A DNA stretch of 64,000 nucleotides. Origin: Phaeosaccion multiseriatum (Eukaryota > Protista > Ochrophyta, other classes). A program made the translations under genes and the position numbers. The notes beneath the pieces are model-generated. The model searched no databases. It saw nothing but the letters and a program-made list of their open reading frames with translations, and was not told where the DNA came from. The stretch is taken from the NCBI GenBank assembly GCA_965112735.1, contig OZ218955.1, positions 3,100,001-3,164,000 on the forward strand, written 5' to 3'. Below, piece after piece: positions 37,979 to 49,500 of the stretch. Numbering within the stretch: position 1 is the first letter of the stretch; every line of letters begins with the position of its first letter.

Positions 37979-38320
37979 GCTTCACGGTAGAAGAGAACCT
38001 TCTCTTGAGTGGTGCTACAATTGTAGGAAGTGAAAGTGAGGCCCTTCCAGCTCCCATGACATGATGACGTACAAAATTTAAATTCAAAAGAGGGCCAACT
38101 GTGAACCCTGCTGATGCACAACATGTAAACAACAACCCCTTTGCTTCTGGATTTGTGGATTCGCCATCGCCACAAAATCCTGGCTGGTATCAACTTTATT
38201 CTGATGGGGAGGACTGACGAGTCAGAGGGATACGACCTCGGGGGCTAAGTTCCCCGGGGCGGTGAGACATTACTTTTAGACAATCATAGATGGCACTTCA
38301 AGGAGATAATATCAGATATG

Positions 38321-38725
38321 CCCTGCTTGCTGCTCCATACAAACCTCGTGTCGTCAGCCGGTCCTCCACATTGCCCCGAGTATTGCCCGACAGACTGTCT
38401 CAATCCCCGCTTCTTGGGAAGTTCACACTGCTTCACCTACCCGTGCTCAATCTCCTTCTCCCTGCTCGCTTGGTACAGGCTGAGTGAACTGGGCTCGAGT
38501 ACGCTGGGCGCAATGGCCGGGGGCAGGACAGGACGCCTTCGTCGTCTCAAACCCTTCTCTCTCTGTCCCCCTACCCCCTTGGCCTTTCACCCTTCTCCAT
38601 TCAGCTGCCCCGCCAAGCAAGGGGCAGCGCAAGCATACTGCTTCGACTGCTGGGCTCCAACTGCTTCGTTCACCAGCCGCGCCACCACCTGCCGCACTGC
38701 ACCACATCGTCAGCCCCCTCAGTAG
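38321..38725 (-). pseudogene. Decayed C-terminal (BTB-like) half of an older ANK-BTB paralogue
   Basis: Minus strand reads EGADDVVQ..VVARLVNEAVGAQQSKQYA..GQL..KEIEHG*.. and aligns by eye to VVQVRLVNK...KQY...EQL...KEIELEY...VEELLT; has frameshifts and a stop. Confidence 0.7.
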
Positions 38726-39503
38726 CGCCGCGCCTATTGGCATCAGTGGTGAGCTACAGAGGAAGGGTAACGGCCCACACCACCAGAAGAACAGTGGCAA
38801 AGCGGAGATTGAGTTGTGGGCACCCCCCCCTCGGGATATAAGCGCCCTCCCAAAAGAAGGCCTCGCGAAGGCCTTCACAGCAGCGGCAGCAAGCAAACAG
38901 AGGCATTCTACTTGGCTATTTCATTCATTAACATTCCAAGAGGAGCTTGGGAGACCTATGCTTTGGGTGGGAGAGAAGGCACCTGCCAACAGGCTGCTTG
39001 CCGGGCCTCACACTGAAATAGCGCCCCTCCCCAGCGCACGTAGGCAGCGAGAGCCTTGCGCCTTGTGCTCTAGCCTCGAGCTTCCCACACCCCTACCTGC
39101 CTACCGGACACGCACGCTAACCTATATGCCTCCCATCTACCACCGCCCTCCCTCCCACTATTCCCTGCTCCCCCCACCCCCCGGCGAGGGATCGCGACTT
39201 CTCCCTCTGGAGATGGGCGGAGCTCAGAGGGCGGCCTCTTGTGTCCTTCCTGGCGAGGGCTTTAGTTCGGCAGGCCCCTCTCCTTCCCATCCTTCTCATA
39301 CGCAGCAGCTCAAAGACTTACGCGCCCCTTGTGCTGCTCCAGGCCTGGGAAGGAAGGAGCACATCTGCTCTCACAAACGGCCGCCACCCATTGTGCCCTC
39401 CCTCTCAGTTGCCGTCGGTACTCGCCCTCGACATGTTTCCGCTACTCGATACAGCTCACGGATCTGTCCTCGCCCTCGACATGTTTCCGCTCCTCGATGA
39501 AGC

Positions 39504-41576
39504 TCACGGATCTGTCCTCGCCCTCTTCCAAGAAGGCTGCCCCTCTCCTCCTCCCCCCCCCGCCGTCTCCTCCTGCAGCACAAAGCCGTACTCGTCCATC
39601 AACGCCTTCACCTCCCTCGACAGGCCCTCCAAGCAGAAGAACTCCGCGGCCTGCAGGGCCTGCTTCGCTCTGATCTCGTCAAACAGCTTTCCATACTCTT
39701 TCCTCACCCTACCACCACCACTGCTGCTGCTGCTGCCCCCCTCCTCACCACTGCTGCTCTCATGTCCTTCTCCGCTGCCACTGCTGCTCGCGCCTCTCAT
39801 ACTCTTCTTCCCTGCATCTCCCGGTCTCCTCGTCAGCAGCTCCTCCACGCTGCCCGTGGTGACGAACTTCATCACAGCCTCAAAGCCCTCCTCCGTGAAG
39901 TTCACTCCGTTATACTCAAGCTCAACCTCCTTCTTCTTGTCCTTCCCCTTTCCTTTCTTGCCGCTCTTGTACCCATACTTGGCAGGGTCCAGCAAGGTGG
40001 GGAGAATACCTGCAGCAGAAGAGGCCTTGACAGCGCTCTTCGTCGCTTCCTCTCCTCCTGTCTCCCCTCTCTCTCTGACCTTCTTCATGAGCTGCTCCAC
40101 CAAGGGAATACTCAAGGTGTACTGCTTCCCTCCCCTCTCCCCGGTTGCCTTGTTCACCAGACGCACCTGCACCACATCGTCCACGCTCTCATCGTCCACC
40201 CTCTCATCGTCACCGTCCGCAGTCATGGTATAGTGCTCAGCTACGGTGTGGAGCCTGTCAGAGAGAGCATTCTTCTCCTCCCTGGCTCTGCTGAGAAACG
40301 AGGCAAGCACATCACCGAAGCCCGTCTCTCCTGCCAAAGCGATGACATTCCCATCGACTGCAGCGCTCCTCTTCAGCAGGAAAGCAGCCACCTTCTCGCG
40401 CGTCTCCTGGCTACCTGGCTCAGCTCCGTAATCTTCAAGTATCTGTGACAAGACTTGTTCATCAGGATTCATGCAGGCCATCAAGGGACTTTGGGCGGTG
40501 TTGGTCAGAGCATCGATCTCAGCCTCAGCCTCCACAAGCAGATAAGACAGCTCCATATTGCCCAGAGCTGCGGCCAGGTGTAGAGGTGTCAGGGCAGTCG
40601 TGCTCTTCACCTTGACTGAGGCACCAGCTTGTATCAGCGCAGACACCACCTCCACATGCCCCCGCAAGACCGCATCGACGAGGGGGGTACAGCCGTCCTC
40701 ATCCGCCAAGTCGAGAGAGGCGCCACGGCACATAAGCTCCTTTACACAAGCCAATCTTCCGGTATAGCATGCCAAGTGAAGCGGTGTGACCATGGCCTCA
40801 GCTTTAGCATCAAGCTGCAGCCCTCTCTCCAGCAGAACAGGAATGCACTGCGCATTGCCGTTCTCTGCGGCGAGGTGCAGGAGGGTCAAATTGGTACCTG
40901 TCTTAACTCGTACGTCGGCGCCGCCCTTCAGCAGCAGAGACAAGGCCTCCGCCCGTCCTCCCTTCTCACCACCACATTTGCAGCACGCCTGGGCTGCCGT
41001 ATCACCGTGTCCATTTCCCTCATTCGGTTTCCCTCCAGCCTTGAGCAACGCTTTCACGTTCTCAGGACTGCCAGCAATGGCTGCCTCGTGCAGGGCCTCG
41101 CTGCCCTCCACCTCCGCGCCATGCCTCAGCAAGTACCTCAAAATCAGGGGGTGGTCACCTCCAGCAGCAAAACCCAATGCGGACTTCTTCATAAACTTCG
41201 CATTGATATCCGCTCCTGCCTCCACGAGTCCCCTCACCAAGTCGAAGTGTCCCATCCATGCAGCTCGGTGGAGAGGTGTCCGGCCAGGATGAGGTGCATC
41301 GTCGTCAATATCAAGTCCGCAATTCTGCAGCAGCTTAACGCTCCCCCGCATGTTCATGCCCTTCTCCTCTGTGCAGCGTATCTTCTTGCTCTTGTCCGTG
41401 TCGGCCAGGGCATGGAGCGGAGTGTAGCCTTTCTTCCTAAAGTGCTTCAAAGACACACAGGATAAAACCACCTTGAGAAGGAGGAGGAGGTGCTCCGTGC
41501 TGCTGGCCCCGCCCGAAGCCTCCCACTCCTTGGCTCCCTCATACCACTCGTCCACAAGCCGAGCCGTCTCCTTCAT
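39504..41576 (-). CDS. Ankyrin-repeat + BTB-like protein, copy 3
   Basis: 690 aa; 9-bp deletion after the ATG (MKET instead of MPSFKET). Confidence 0.9.
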   Translation of the reverse strand: MKETARLVDEWYEGAKEWEASGGASSTEHLLLLLKVVLSCVSLKHFRKKGYTPLHALADTDKSKKIRCTEEKGMNMRGSVKLLQNCGLDIDDDAPHPGRTPLHRAAWMGHFDLVRGLVEAGADINAKFMKKSALGFAAGGDHPLILRYLLRHGAEVEGSEALHEAAIAGSPENVKALLKAGGKPNEGNGHGDTAAQACCKCGGEKGGRAEALSLLLKGGADVRVKTGTNLTLLHLAAENGNAQCIPVLLERGLQLDAKAEAMVTPLHLACYTGRLACVKELMCRGASLDLADEDGCTPLVDAVLRGHVEVVSALIQAGASVKVKSTTALTPLHLAAALGNMELSYLLVEAEAEIDALTNTAQSPLMACMNPDEQVLSQILEDYGAEPGSQETREKVAAFLLKRSAAVDGNVIALAGETGFGDVLASFLSRAREEKNALSDRLHTVAEHYTMTADGDDERVDDESVDDVVQVRLVNKATGERGGKQYTLSIPLVEQLMKKVRERGETGGEEATKSAVKASSAAGILPTLLDPAKYGYKSGKKGKGKDKKKEVELEYNGVNFTEEGFEAVMKFVTTGSVEELLTRRPGDAGKKSMRGASSSGSGEGHESSSGEEGGSSSSSGGGRVRKEYGKLFDEIRAKQALQAAEFFCLEGLSREVKALMDEYGFVLQEETAGGGGGEGQPSWKRARTDP

Positions 41577-41915
41577 GCTTCACGGTAGAAGAGAACCTTC
41601 TCTTGAGTGGTGCTACAACTGTAAGTGAAGGTGAGGCCTTTCCAGCTCCCAGCTCAAAATATAAATTCAAAAAGAGGGCCAACTGTGAACCCTGCTGATG
41701 CACAACATGCGAACGACGAGAACCCCATATCCCCTCTGCTTCTGGATTTGTGGATTCGCCATCGCCACAAAATCCTGGCTGGTATCAACTTGGTTCCGAT
41801 GGGGAGGACTGACGAGTCAGAGGGATACGACCTCGGGGGCTAAGTTCCCCGGGGCGGTGAGACATTACTTTTAGACAATCATAGATGGCACTTCAAGGAG
41901 ATAATATCAGATATG

Positions 41916-42320
41916 CCCTGCTTGCTGCTCCATACAAACCTCGTGTCGTCAGCCGGTCCTCCACATTGCCCCGAGTATTGCCCGACAGACTGTCTCAATA
42001 CCCGCTTCTTGGGAAGTTCACACTGCTTCACCTACCCGTGCTCAATCTACTTCTCCCTGCTCGCTTGGTACAGGCTGAGTGAACTGGGCTCGAGTACGCT
42101 GGGCGCAATGGCCGGGGGCAGGACAGGACGCCTTCGTCGTCTCAAACCCTTGTCTCTCTGTCCCCCAACCCCCTTGGCCTTTCACCCTTCTCCATTCAGC
42201 TGCCCCGCCAAGCAAGGAACAGCGCAAGCATACTGCTTCGACTGCTGGGCTCCAACTGCTTCGTTCACCAGCCGCACCACCACCTGCCGCACTGCACCAC
42301 ATCGTCAGCCCCCTCAGTAA
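41916..42320 (-). pseudogene. Decayed BTB-like half (spacer copy)
   Basis: Near-identical to 38321-38725. Confidence 0.7.
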
Positions 42321-42963
42321 CGCCGGGCCATTGGCATCAGTGGTGAGCTATAGAGGAAGGGTAACGGCCCACACCACCAGAAGAACAGTGGCAAAGTGGG
42401 GATCGAGTTGTGGGCACGCCCCCCTCGGGATATAAGCGCCCTCCCAAAAGAAGGCCTCGCGAAGGCCTTCACAGCAGCGGCAGCAAGCAAACAGAGGCAT
42501 TCTACTTGGCTATTTCATTCATTAACATGCATTCCAAGAGGAGCTTGGGAGACCTATGCTTTGGGTGGGAGAGAAGGCACCTGCCAACAGGCTGCTTGCC
42601 GGGCCTCACACTGAAATAGCGCCCCTCCCCAGCGCACGTAGGCAGCGAGAGCCTTGCGCCTTGTGCTCTAGCCTCGAGCTTCCCACACCCCTACCTGCCT
42701 ACCGGACACGCACGCCAATCTATATACCTCCCTCCCACTATTCCCTGCTCCCCCCACCCCCCCCGACGGATCACGAGTTCTCCCTCTCCTTCCCATCCTT
42801 CTCCTACGCAGCAGCTCGAAGACTTACGCGCCTCTTGTGCTGCTCCAGGCCTGGGAAGGAAGGAGCACATCTGCTCTCACAAACGGCCGCCAACCCCTGT
42901 GCCCTCCCTCTCTCAGTTGCCGTCGGGGCTCGCCCTCGAGATGTTTCCGTTCCTCGATAAAGC

Positions 42964-45054
42964 TCACGGATCTGTCCTCGCCCTCTTCCGCGAAGGCTGC
43001 CCCTCTCCTCCTCCCCCCCCCCCCGTCTCCTCCTGCAGCACAAAGCCGTACTCGTCCATCAACATCTTCACCTCCCTCGACAGGCCCTCCAAGCAGAAGA
43101 ACTCGGCGGCCTGCAGAGCCTGCTTCGCTCTGATCTCGTCAAACAGCTTTCCATGCTCTTTCCTCACCCTACCACCACCACTGCTGCTGCTGCTGCTGCT
43201 GCTGCTGCCCCCCTCCTCACAACTGCTGCTGCTCTCATGTCCTGCTCCGCTGCCACTGCTGCTCGCGCCTCTCTTCCTCTTCCTTGCCGATCCAGGCCTC
43301 CTCGTCAGCAGCTCCTCCACGCTGCCCGTGGTGACGAACTTCACCAAAGCCTCGAAGCCCTCCTCCGTGAAGTTCACTCCGTCATACTCAAGCTCAGTCT
43401 CCTTCTTGCCCTTCCCCTTTCCTTTCTTGCCGCTCCTATACCCATTCTTGGCAGGGTCCAGTATAGTTAGGAGAAAACCTAAAGCAGAAGCGTCCTTGCC
43501 AGCGCTCTTCGTCCCTTCCTCTCCTCCGCCCCCCCCTCTCTCTCTCATATTCTCCATGAGCTGCTCCACCAAGGGAAGACTCAAGGTGTACCTCTTTCGG
43601 CCCTTCTCTCCGGTGGACATGTTCACCAGGCGTACGTGCACCACATCGTCCACCCTCTCATCGTCACCGTCCGCAGTCACGGTATGGTGCTCAGCTACGA
43701 TGTGGAGCCTGTCAGAGAGGGTAGTCTTCTCCTCCCTGCCTCTGCTGAGAAAGGAGGCAAGCACGTCACCGAAGCCCTTCTCTGCTGCCAAAGCGATGAC
43801 CTTCCCATCGACCGCAGCGCTCCTCTTCAGCAGGAATGCAGCCACCTTCTCGCGGGCCTCCTGGCTGCCTGGCCCAACATCGTGAAACTCAAGCATGCCT
43901 GACACGGCTTGTTCATCAGGATGCATGCAGGCCATCAAGGGACTTTGGCCCGTGTTGGTCAGAGCATCGATCTCAGCGTCAGCCTCCACAAGCAGATAGG
44001 ACAGCCTCATGCTGCCCAGAGCTGCGGCCAGGTGTAGAGGTGTCATGGCAGTCGTGCTCTTCACCTTGACTGAGGCACCAGCTTCTATCAGCTCAACCGC
44101 GATCCTCACATGATCCTGTGAAATCGCATCGAAGAGGGGGGTACAGCCGGCATCATCCACCAAGTCGAGAGAGACGCCGAGGCACGTGAGCTCCTTTACA
44201 CAAGCCAATCTTCCGGTATAGCATGCATAATGAAGCGGTGTGGCCTGAAAAGCATTTCTGGCATCAAGCTGCAGCCCTCTCTCCAGCAGAAGAGGCAAGC
44301 ACTGAGCATTGCCGTTCCCTGCGGCGAGGTGCAGAAGGTTAGCATCATTGGCATTCTTAACTTGTACGTCGGCGCCGGCCTCCAGCAGCAGAGACAAGGC
44401 CTCTGCCCGTCCTCCATTCTTCTCACCACCACCTTTGCAGCACGCCTGGGCTGCCGTGTCACCGTCTCCAATTCTCTCATTCGGTTTCCCCCCAGCCTTC
44501 AGCAACGCTTCCACACTCTCAGGACTGCCGACATACGCTGACCCGTGCAGGGCCTCGCTGCCCTCCACCTCCGCGCCATGCCTCATCAAGTACCTCAAAA
44601 TCAGGGGGTGGTCACCTCCAGCAGCAAAGCCCAATGCGGACCTCGTCAAACACTTCGCATTGATATCCGCTCCTGCCTCCACGAGTCCCTTCACCAAGTC
44701 GAAGTGTCCCTCCGATGCAGCTCGGTGGAGAGGTGTCCGATCAGGAAAAGGCGTGTCGTTCCCACTCTTGGTGTCAATATCAAGTCCGCAATTCTGCAGC
44801 AGCTTAACGCTCCGCCGCATGTTCATGCCCTTCTCCTCTGTGCAGCGTATCTTCTTGCCCTCGTCCGTGTCGGCCAGGGCATGGAGCGGAGTGTAGCCTT
44901 TCTTTCTAAAGTGCTTCAAAGACACACAGGATAAAATCACCTTGAGAAGGAGGAGGAGGTGTTCCGTGCTGCTGGCCCCGCCCGAACCCTCCCACTCCTT
45001 GGTTCTCTCATACCACTCGTCCACAAGCCGAGCCGTCTCCTCAAAGGATGGCAT
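42964..45054 (-). CDS. Ankyrin-repeat + BTB-like protein, copy 4
   Basis: 696 aa; differs from copy 2 at only a handful of residues. Confidence 0.9.
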   Translation of the reverse strand: MPSFEETARLVDEWYERTKEWEGSGGASSTEHLLLLLKVILSCVSLKHFRKKGYTPLHALADTDEGKKIRCTEEKGMNMRRSVKLLQNCGLDIDTKSGNDTPFPDRTPLHRAASEGHFDLVKGLVEAGADINAKCLTRSALGFAAGGDHPLILRYLMRHGAEVEGSEALHGSAYVGSPESVEALLKAGGKPNERIGDGDTAAQACCKGGGEKNGGRAEALSLLLEAGADVQVKNANDANLLHLAAGNGNAQCLPLLLERGLQLDARNAFQATPLHYACYTGRLACVKELTCLGVSLDLVDDAGCTPLFDAISQDHVRIAVELIEAGASVKVKSTTAMTPLHLAAALGSMRLSYLLVEADAEIDALTNTGQSPLMACMHPDEQAVSGMLEFHDVGPGSQEAREKVAAFLLKRSAAVDGKVIALAAEKGFGDVLASFLSRGREEKTTLSDRLHIVAEHHTVTADGDDERVDDVVHVRLVNMSTGEKGRKRYTLSLPLVEQLMENMRERGGGGGEEGTKSAGKDASALGFLLTILDPAKNGYRSGKKGKGKGKKETELEYDGVNFTEEGFEALVKFVTTGSVEELLTRRPGSARKRKRGASSSGSGAGHESSSSCEEGGSSSSSSSSSGGGRVRKEHGKLFDEIRAKQALQAAEFFCLEGLSREVKMLMDEYGFVLQEETGGGGGGEGQPSRKRARTDP

Positions 45055-45398
45055 GCTTCACGGTAGAAGAGAACCTTCTCTTGAGTGGTGCTACAATTGT
45101 AGGGAAGTGAAAGTGAGGCCCTTCCAGCTCCCATGACAATGATGACGTTCAAAATTTAAATTCAAAAGAGGGCCAACTGTGAACCCTGCTGATGCACAAC
45201 ATGTAAACAACAACCCCTTTGCTTCTGGATTTGTGGATTCGCCATCGCCACAAAATCCTGGCTGGTATCAACTTTATTCCGATGGGGAGGACTGACGAGT
45301 CAGAGGGATACGACCTCGGGGGCTAAGTTCCCCGGGGCGGTGAGACATTACTTTTAGACAATCATAGATGGCACTTCAAGGAGATAATATCAGATATG

Positions 45399-45803
45399 CC
45401 CTGCTTGCTGCTCCATACAAACCTCGTGTCGTCAGCCGGTCCTCCACATTGCCCCGAGTATTGCCCGACAGACTGTCTCAATCCCCGCTTCTTGGGAAGT
45501 TCACACTGCTTCACCTACCCGTGCTCAATCTCCTTCTCCCTGCTCGCTTGTTACAGGCTGAGTGAACTGGGCCCGAGTACACAGGGCGCAATGGCCGGGG
45601 GCAGGACAGGACGCCTTCGTTGTCTCAAACCCTTGTCTCTCTGTCCCCCTACCCCCTTGGCCTTTCACCCTTCTCCATTCAGCTGCCCCGCCAAGCAAGG
45701 GACAGCGCAAGCATACTGCTTCGACTGCTGGGCTCCAACTGCTTCGTTCACCAGCCGCGCCACCACCTGCCGCACTGCACCACATCGTCAGCCCCCTCAG
45801 TAA
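45399..45803 (-). pseudogene. Decayed BTB-like half (spacer copy)
   Basis: Near-identical to 38321-38725. Confidence 0.7.
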
Positions 45804-46518
45804 CGCCGGGCCATTGGCGTCAGTGGTGAGCTATAGAGGAAGGGTAACGGCCCACACCACCAGAAGAACAGTGGCAAAGTGGGGATCGAGTTGTGGGCAC
45901 GCCCCCCTCGGGATATAAGCGCCCTCCCAAAAGGCCTCGCGAAGGCCTTCACAGCAGCGGCAGCAAGCAAACAGAGGCATTCTACTTGGCTATTTCATTC
46001 ATTAACATTCCAAGAGGAGCTTGGGAGACCTATGCTTTGGGTGGGAGAGAAGGTACCTGCAAACAGCCTGCTTGCCGGGCCTCACTGAAATAGCGCCCCT
46101 CCCCAACCCTTGAGCCTTGCGCCTTGTGCTCTAGCCTCGAGCTTCCCACACCCCTACCTGCCTACCGGACACGCACGCTAACCTATATGCCTCCCATCTA
46201 CCACCGCCCTCCCTCCCACTATTCCCTGCTCCCCCCACCCCCCGGCGAGGGATCGCGACTTCTCCCTCTGGAGATGGGCGGAGCTCAGAGGGCGGCCTCC
46301 TGTGTCCTTCCTGGCGAGGGCTTTAGTTCGGCAGGCCCCTCTCCTTCCCATCCTTCTCCTACGCAGCAGCTCGAAGACTTACGCGCCCCTTGTGCTTCTC
46401 CAGGCCTGGGAAGGAAGGAGCACATCTGCTCTCACAAACGGCTGCCACCCCCTGTGCCCTCCCTCTCTCAGTTGCCGTCGGGGCTCGCCCTCGACATGTT
46501 TCCGTTCCTCGATAAAGC

Positions 46519-48561
46519 TCACGGATCTGTCCTCGCCCTCTTCCGCGAAGGCTGCCCCTCTCCTCCTCCCCCCCCCGCCGTCTCCTCCTGCAACTCAAAG
46601 CCGTACTCGTCCATCAACGCCTTCACCTCCCTCGACATGCCCTCCAAGCAGAAGAACTCCGCTGCCTGCAGGGCCTGCTTCGCTCTGATCTCGTCAAACA
46701 GCTTTCCATGCTCTTTCCTCACCCTACCACCACTGCTGCTGCTGCTGCTGCCCCCCTCCGCACCACTGCTGCTCTCGTTCCCTGCTGATCCAAGCCTCCT
46801 CGTCAGCAGCGTCTCCACGCTGCCCGTGGTGACGAACTTCATCACAGCCTCAAAGCCCTCCTCCGTAAAGTTCACTCCGTTATACTCGAGCTCAATCTCC
46901 TTCTTCTTGTCCTTCCCCTTTCCTTTCCTGCCGCTCTTGTACCCATACTTGGCAGGGTCCAGCAAGGTGGGGAGAATGCCTGCAGCAGAAGAGGCCTTGC
47001 CAGCGCTCTTCGTCGCTTCCTCTCCTCCTGTCTCCCCTCTCTCTCTGACCTTCTTCATGAGCTGCTCCACCAAGGGAATACTCAAGGTGTACTGCTTCCC
47101 TCCCCTCTCCCCGGTAGCCTTGTTCACCAGCCGTACCTGCACCACTTCGTCCGCCCTCTCATCGTCACCTTCCGCAGTCACGGCAAAGTGCTCAGCTACA
47201 GTGTCAAACCTGTCAGAGAGAGCATCCATCCTGTTGCTCTTTGTGCTGATAAACGAGGCCAGCACATCGCCAAAGCCCTTCTCTGCTGCCAAAGCGACGA
47301 CCTTTCCGTCAACCGCAGCGCTCCTCTTCAGCAGGAATGCAGCCACCTTCTCGCGGGCCTCCTGGCTTCCTGGCACAGTTCTGTAATATCCAAGTATCTG
47401 TGACAAGGCTTGTTCATCAGGATGCATGCAGGCCATCAAGGGACTTTGGCCCGTGTTGGTCAGAGCATCGATCTCAGCCTCAGCCTCCACAAGCAGATAA
47501 GACAGCTCCATGTTGCCCAGAGCTGCGGCCAGGTGTAGAGGTGTTATGGCAGTCGTACTCTTCACCTTGACTGAGGCACCAGCTCGTATCAGCTCAGACA
47601 CGATCTTCACATGCCCCCGCACGACCGCATCGAAGAGGGGGGTACGGCCCAAGTCATCCTGCAAGTCGAGAGAGACGCCGAGGCGCATAAGCTCCTTTAC
47701 ACATGCCAAACTTCCGCTGTCGCATGCATAATGAAACGGTGTGACCTCAAAAATATTTCTGGCATCAAGCTGCAGCCCTCTCTCCAGCAGAACAGGAATG
47801 CACTGCGCATTGCCGTACCGTGCGGCGAGGTGCAGGAGGTTAGCACCATTCACATCCTTAACTTTAACGTTGGCACCGCTCTTCAGCAGCAGAGACAAGG
47901 CCTCCACCCGTCCTCCCTTCTTCTCACCACCACCCATGCAGCACTTCTGGGCTGCCGTGTCGAAAGTGTTTATCTCATTCGGCTTCCCTCCAGCCTTCAG
48001 CAACGCTTCCACATTCTCAGGACTGCCGACATACGCTGCCTGGTGTAGGGCCTCGCTGCCCTCCACTTCCGCGCCATGCCTCATCAAGTACCCCAAAATC
48101 AGGGGGTGGTCACCTCCAGCAGCAAAGCCCAATGCGGACCTTTTCTCAAACTTCGCATTCGCATTGATATCCGCTCCTGCCTCCACGAGTCCCCTCACCA
48201 AGTCGAAGTGTCCCTCGCATGCAGCTCGGTGGAGAGGTGTCCGGCCACCAGAAAGAGGTGCATCGTCCCCCCCTTTGCTGTCAATATCAAGTCCGAAACT
48301 CTGCAGCAGCTTAACGCTCCCCCGCATATTCATGCCCTTTTCATCTGTGCAGCGCATCTTCTTGCTCTTGTCCGTGTCGGCCAGGGCATGGAGCGGAGTG
48401 TAGCCTTTCTTTCTAAAGTGCTTCAAAGACACACAGGATAAAACCACCTTGAGAAGGAGGAGGAGGTGCTCCGTGCTGCTGGCCCCGCCCGACGCCTCCC
48501 ACTCCTTGGCTCCCTCATACCACTCGTCCACAAGCCGAGCTGTCTCCTTAAAGGATGGCAT
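46519..48561 (-). CDS. Ankyrin-repeat + BTB-like protein, copy 5
   Basis: 680-aa intronless paralogue. Confidence 0.9.
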   Translation of the reverse strand: MPSFKETARLVDEWYEGAKEWEASGGASSTEHLLLLLKVVLSCVSLKHFRKKGYTPLHALADTDKSKKMRCTDEKGMNMRGSVKLLQSFGLDIDSKGGDDAPLSGGRTPLHRAACEGHFDLVRGLVEAGADINANAKFEKRSALGFAAGGDHPLILGYLMRHGAEVEGSEALHQAAYVGSPENVEALLKAGGKPNEINTFDTAAQKCCMGGGEKKGGRVEALSLLLKSGANVKVKDVNGANLLHLAARYGNAQCIPVLLERGLQLDARNIFEVTPFHYACDSGSLACVKELMRLGVSLDLQDDLGRTPLFDAVVRGHVKIVSELIRAGASVKVKSTTAITPLHLAAALGNMELSYLLVEAEAEIDALTNTGQSPLMACMHPDEQALSQILGYYRTVPGSQEAREKVAAFLLKRSAAVDGKVVALAAEKGFGDVLASFISTKSNRMDALSDRFDTVAEHFAVTAEGDDERADEVVQVRLVNKATGERGGKQYTLSIPLVEQLMKKVRERGETGGEEATKSAGKASSAAGILPTLLDPAKYGYKSGRKGKGKDKKKEIELEYNGVNFTEEGFEAVMKFVTTGSVETLLTRRLGSAGNESSSGAEGGSSSSSSGGRVRKEHGKLFDEIRAKQALQAAEFFCLEGMSREVKALMDEYGFELQEETAGGGGGEGQPSRKRARTDP

Positions 48562-48934
48562 GCTTCACGGTAGAAGACAACCTTCTCTTAATCTACTGTG
48601 GAGGGGTGACTGGGGAAGTGAGGCCGACACCGCTCTTACAGCTACGAGGCAAAAGGGGAACTTTATTGACGAAACAGGGGGGGGGGGAAGGCCAACTGTG
48701 AACCCTGCTGATGCACAACATGCAAACGACGAGAACCCCTCTGCTTCCACACCCGAGGGGGTGGGGTACATGTTCTTTCTGGTCCGAGACAACATGGTCC
48801 CCGCTTCGCTCCGATATCGTCGAGAAGCTTTGCCTTCTCTCTCTCTCTTCCTCCACCCGCAACTACTGCTGCTCGTGTTTGTCTCGTGTGCGTGCCTCTC
48901 TTTCAACCCCTGATGCACTATCGCCCACATTCTC

Positions 48935-49067
48935 GATAGCGGATAGCGGATCGGCTGGCGCCGGCGATAGCGGATAGCGCGCCAATTGGCGCCGACGATA
49001 GCGGATAGCGTGCCGGCTGGCGCCGGCGATAGCGGATAGCGCGCCAGCGATAGCGGATAGCAGATAG
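48935..49067. repeat. GATAGCG-doublet / GGCGCC-core repeat array (MITE-subterminal-like)
   Basis: About 5 GATAGCGGATAGC units separated by (GGCT)GGCGCC cores. Confidence 0.7.
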
Positions 49068-49096
49068 TGTGTCAGGAGTTGATCTCTTCCCCCTGC

Positions 49097-49500
49097 CCTG
49101 CTTGCTGCTCCATACAAACCTCGTGTCGTCAGCCGGTCCTCCACATTGCCCCGAGTATGGCCCGATAGACTGTCTCAATCCCCGCTTCTTGGGAAGTTCA
49201 CACTGCTTCACCTACCCGTGCTCAATCTCCTTCTCCCTGCTCGCTTGGTACAGGCTGAGTGAACTGGGCTCGAGTACGCTGGGCACAATGGCCGGGGGCA
49301 GGACAGGACGCCTTCGTTGTCTCAATCCATCCTCTCTCTGTCCCCCTACCCCCTTGGCCTTTCACCCTTCTCCATTCAGCTGCCCCGCCAAGCAAGGGGC
49401 AGCGCAAGCATACTGCTTCGACTGCAGGGCTTCAACTGCTTCGTTCACCAGCCGCGCCACCACCTGCCGCACTGCACCACATCGTCAGCCCCCTCTGTAG
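49097..49500 (-). pseudogene. Decayed BTB-like half (spacer copy)
   Basis: Near-identical to 38321-38725. Confidence 0.7.

Noticed and set aside
38290-38725. Repeated + strand 65/135-aa spacer ORFs as a second gene in each unit
   Set aside because: Their conservation reflects recent duplication; the minus strand is better explained as a decayed BTB half
35826-47386. Long antisense ORFs (327-420 aa) over the ANK-BTB genes
   Set aside because: Shadow ORFs of GC-rich coding sequence, with no family motifs
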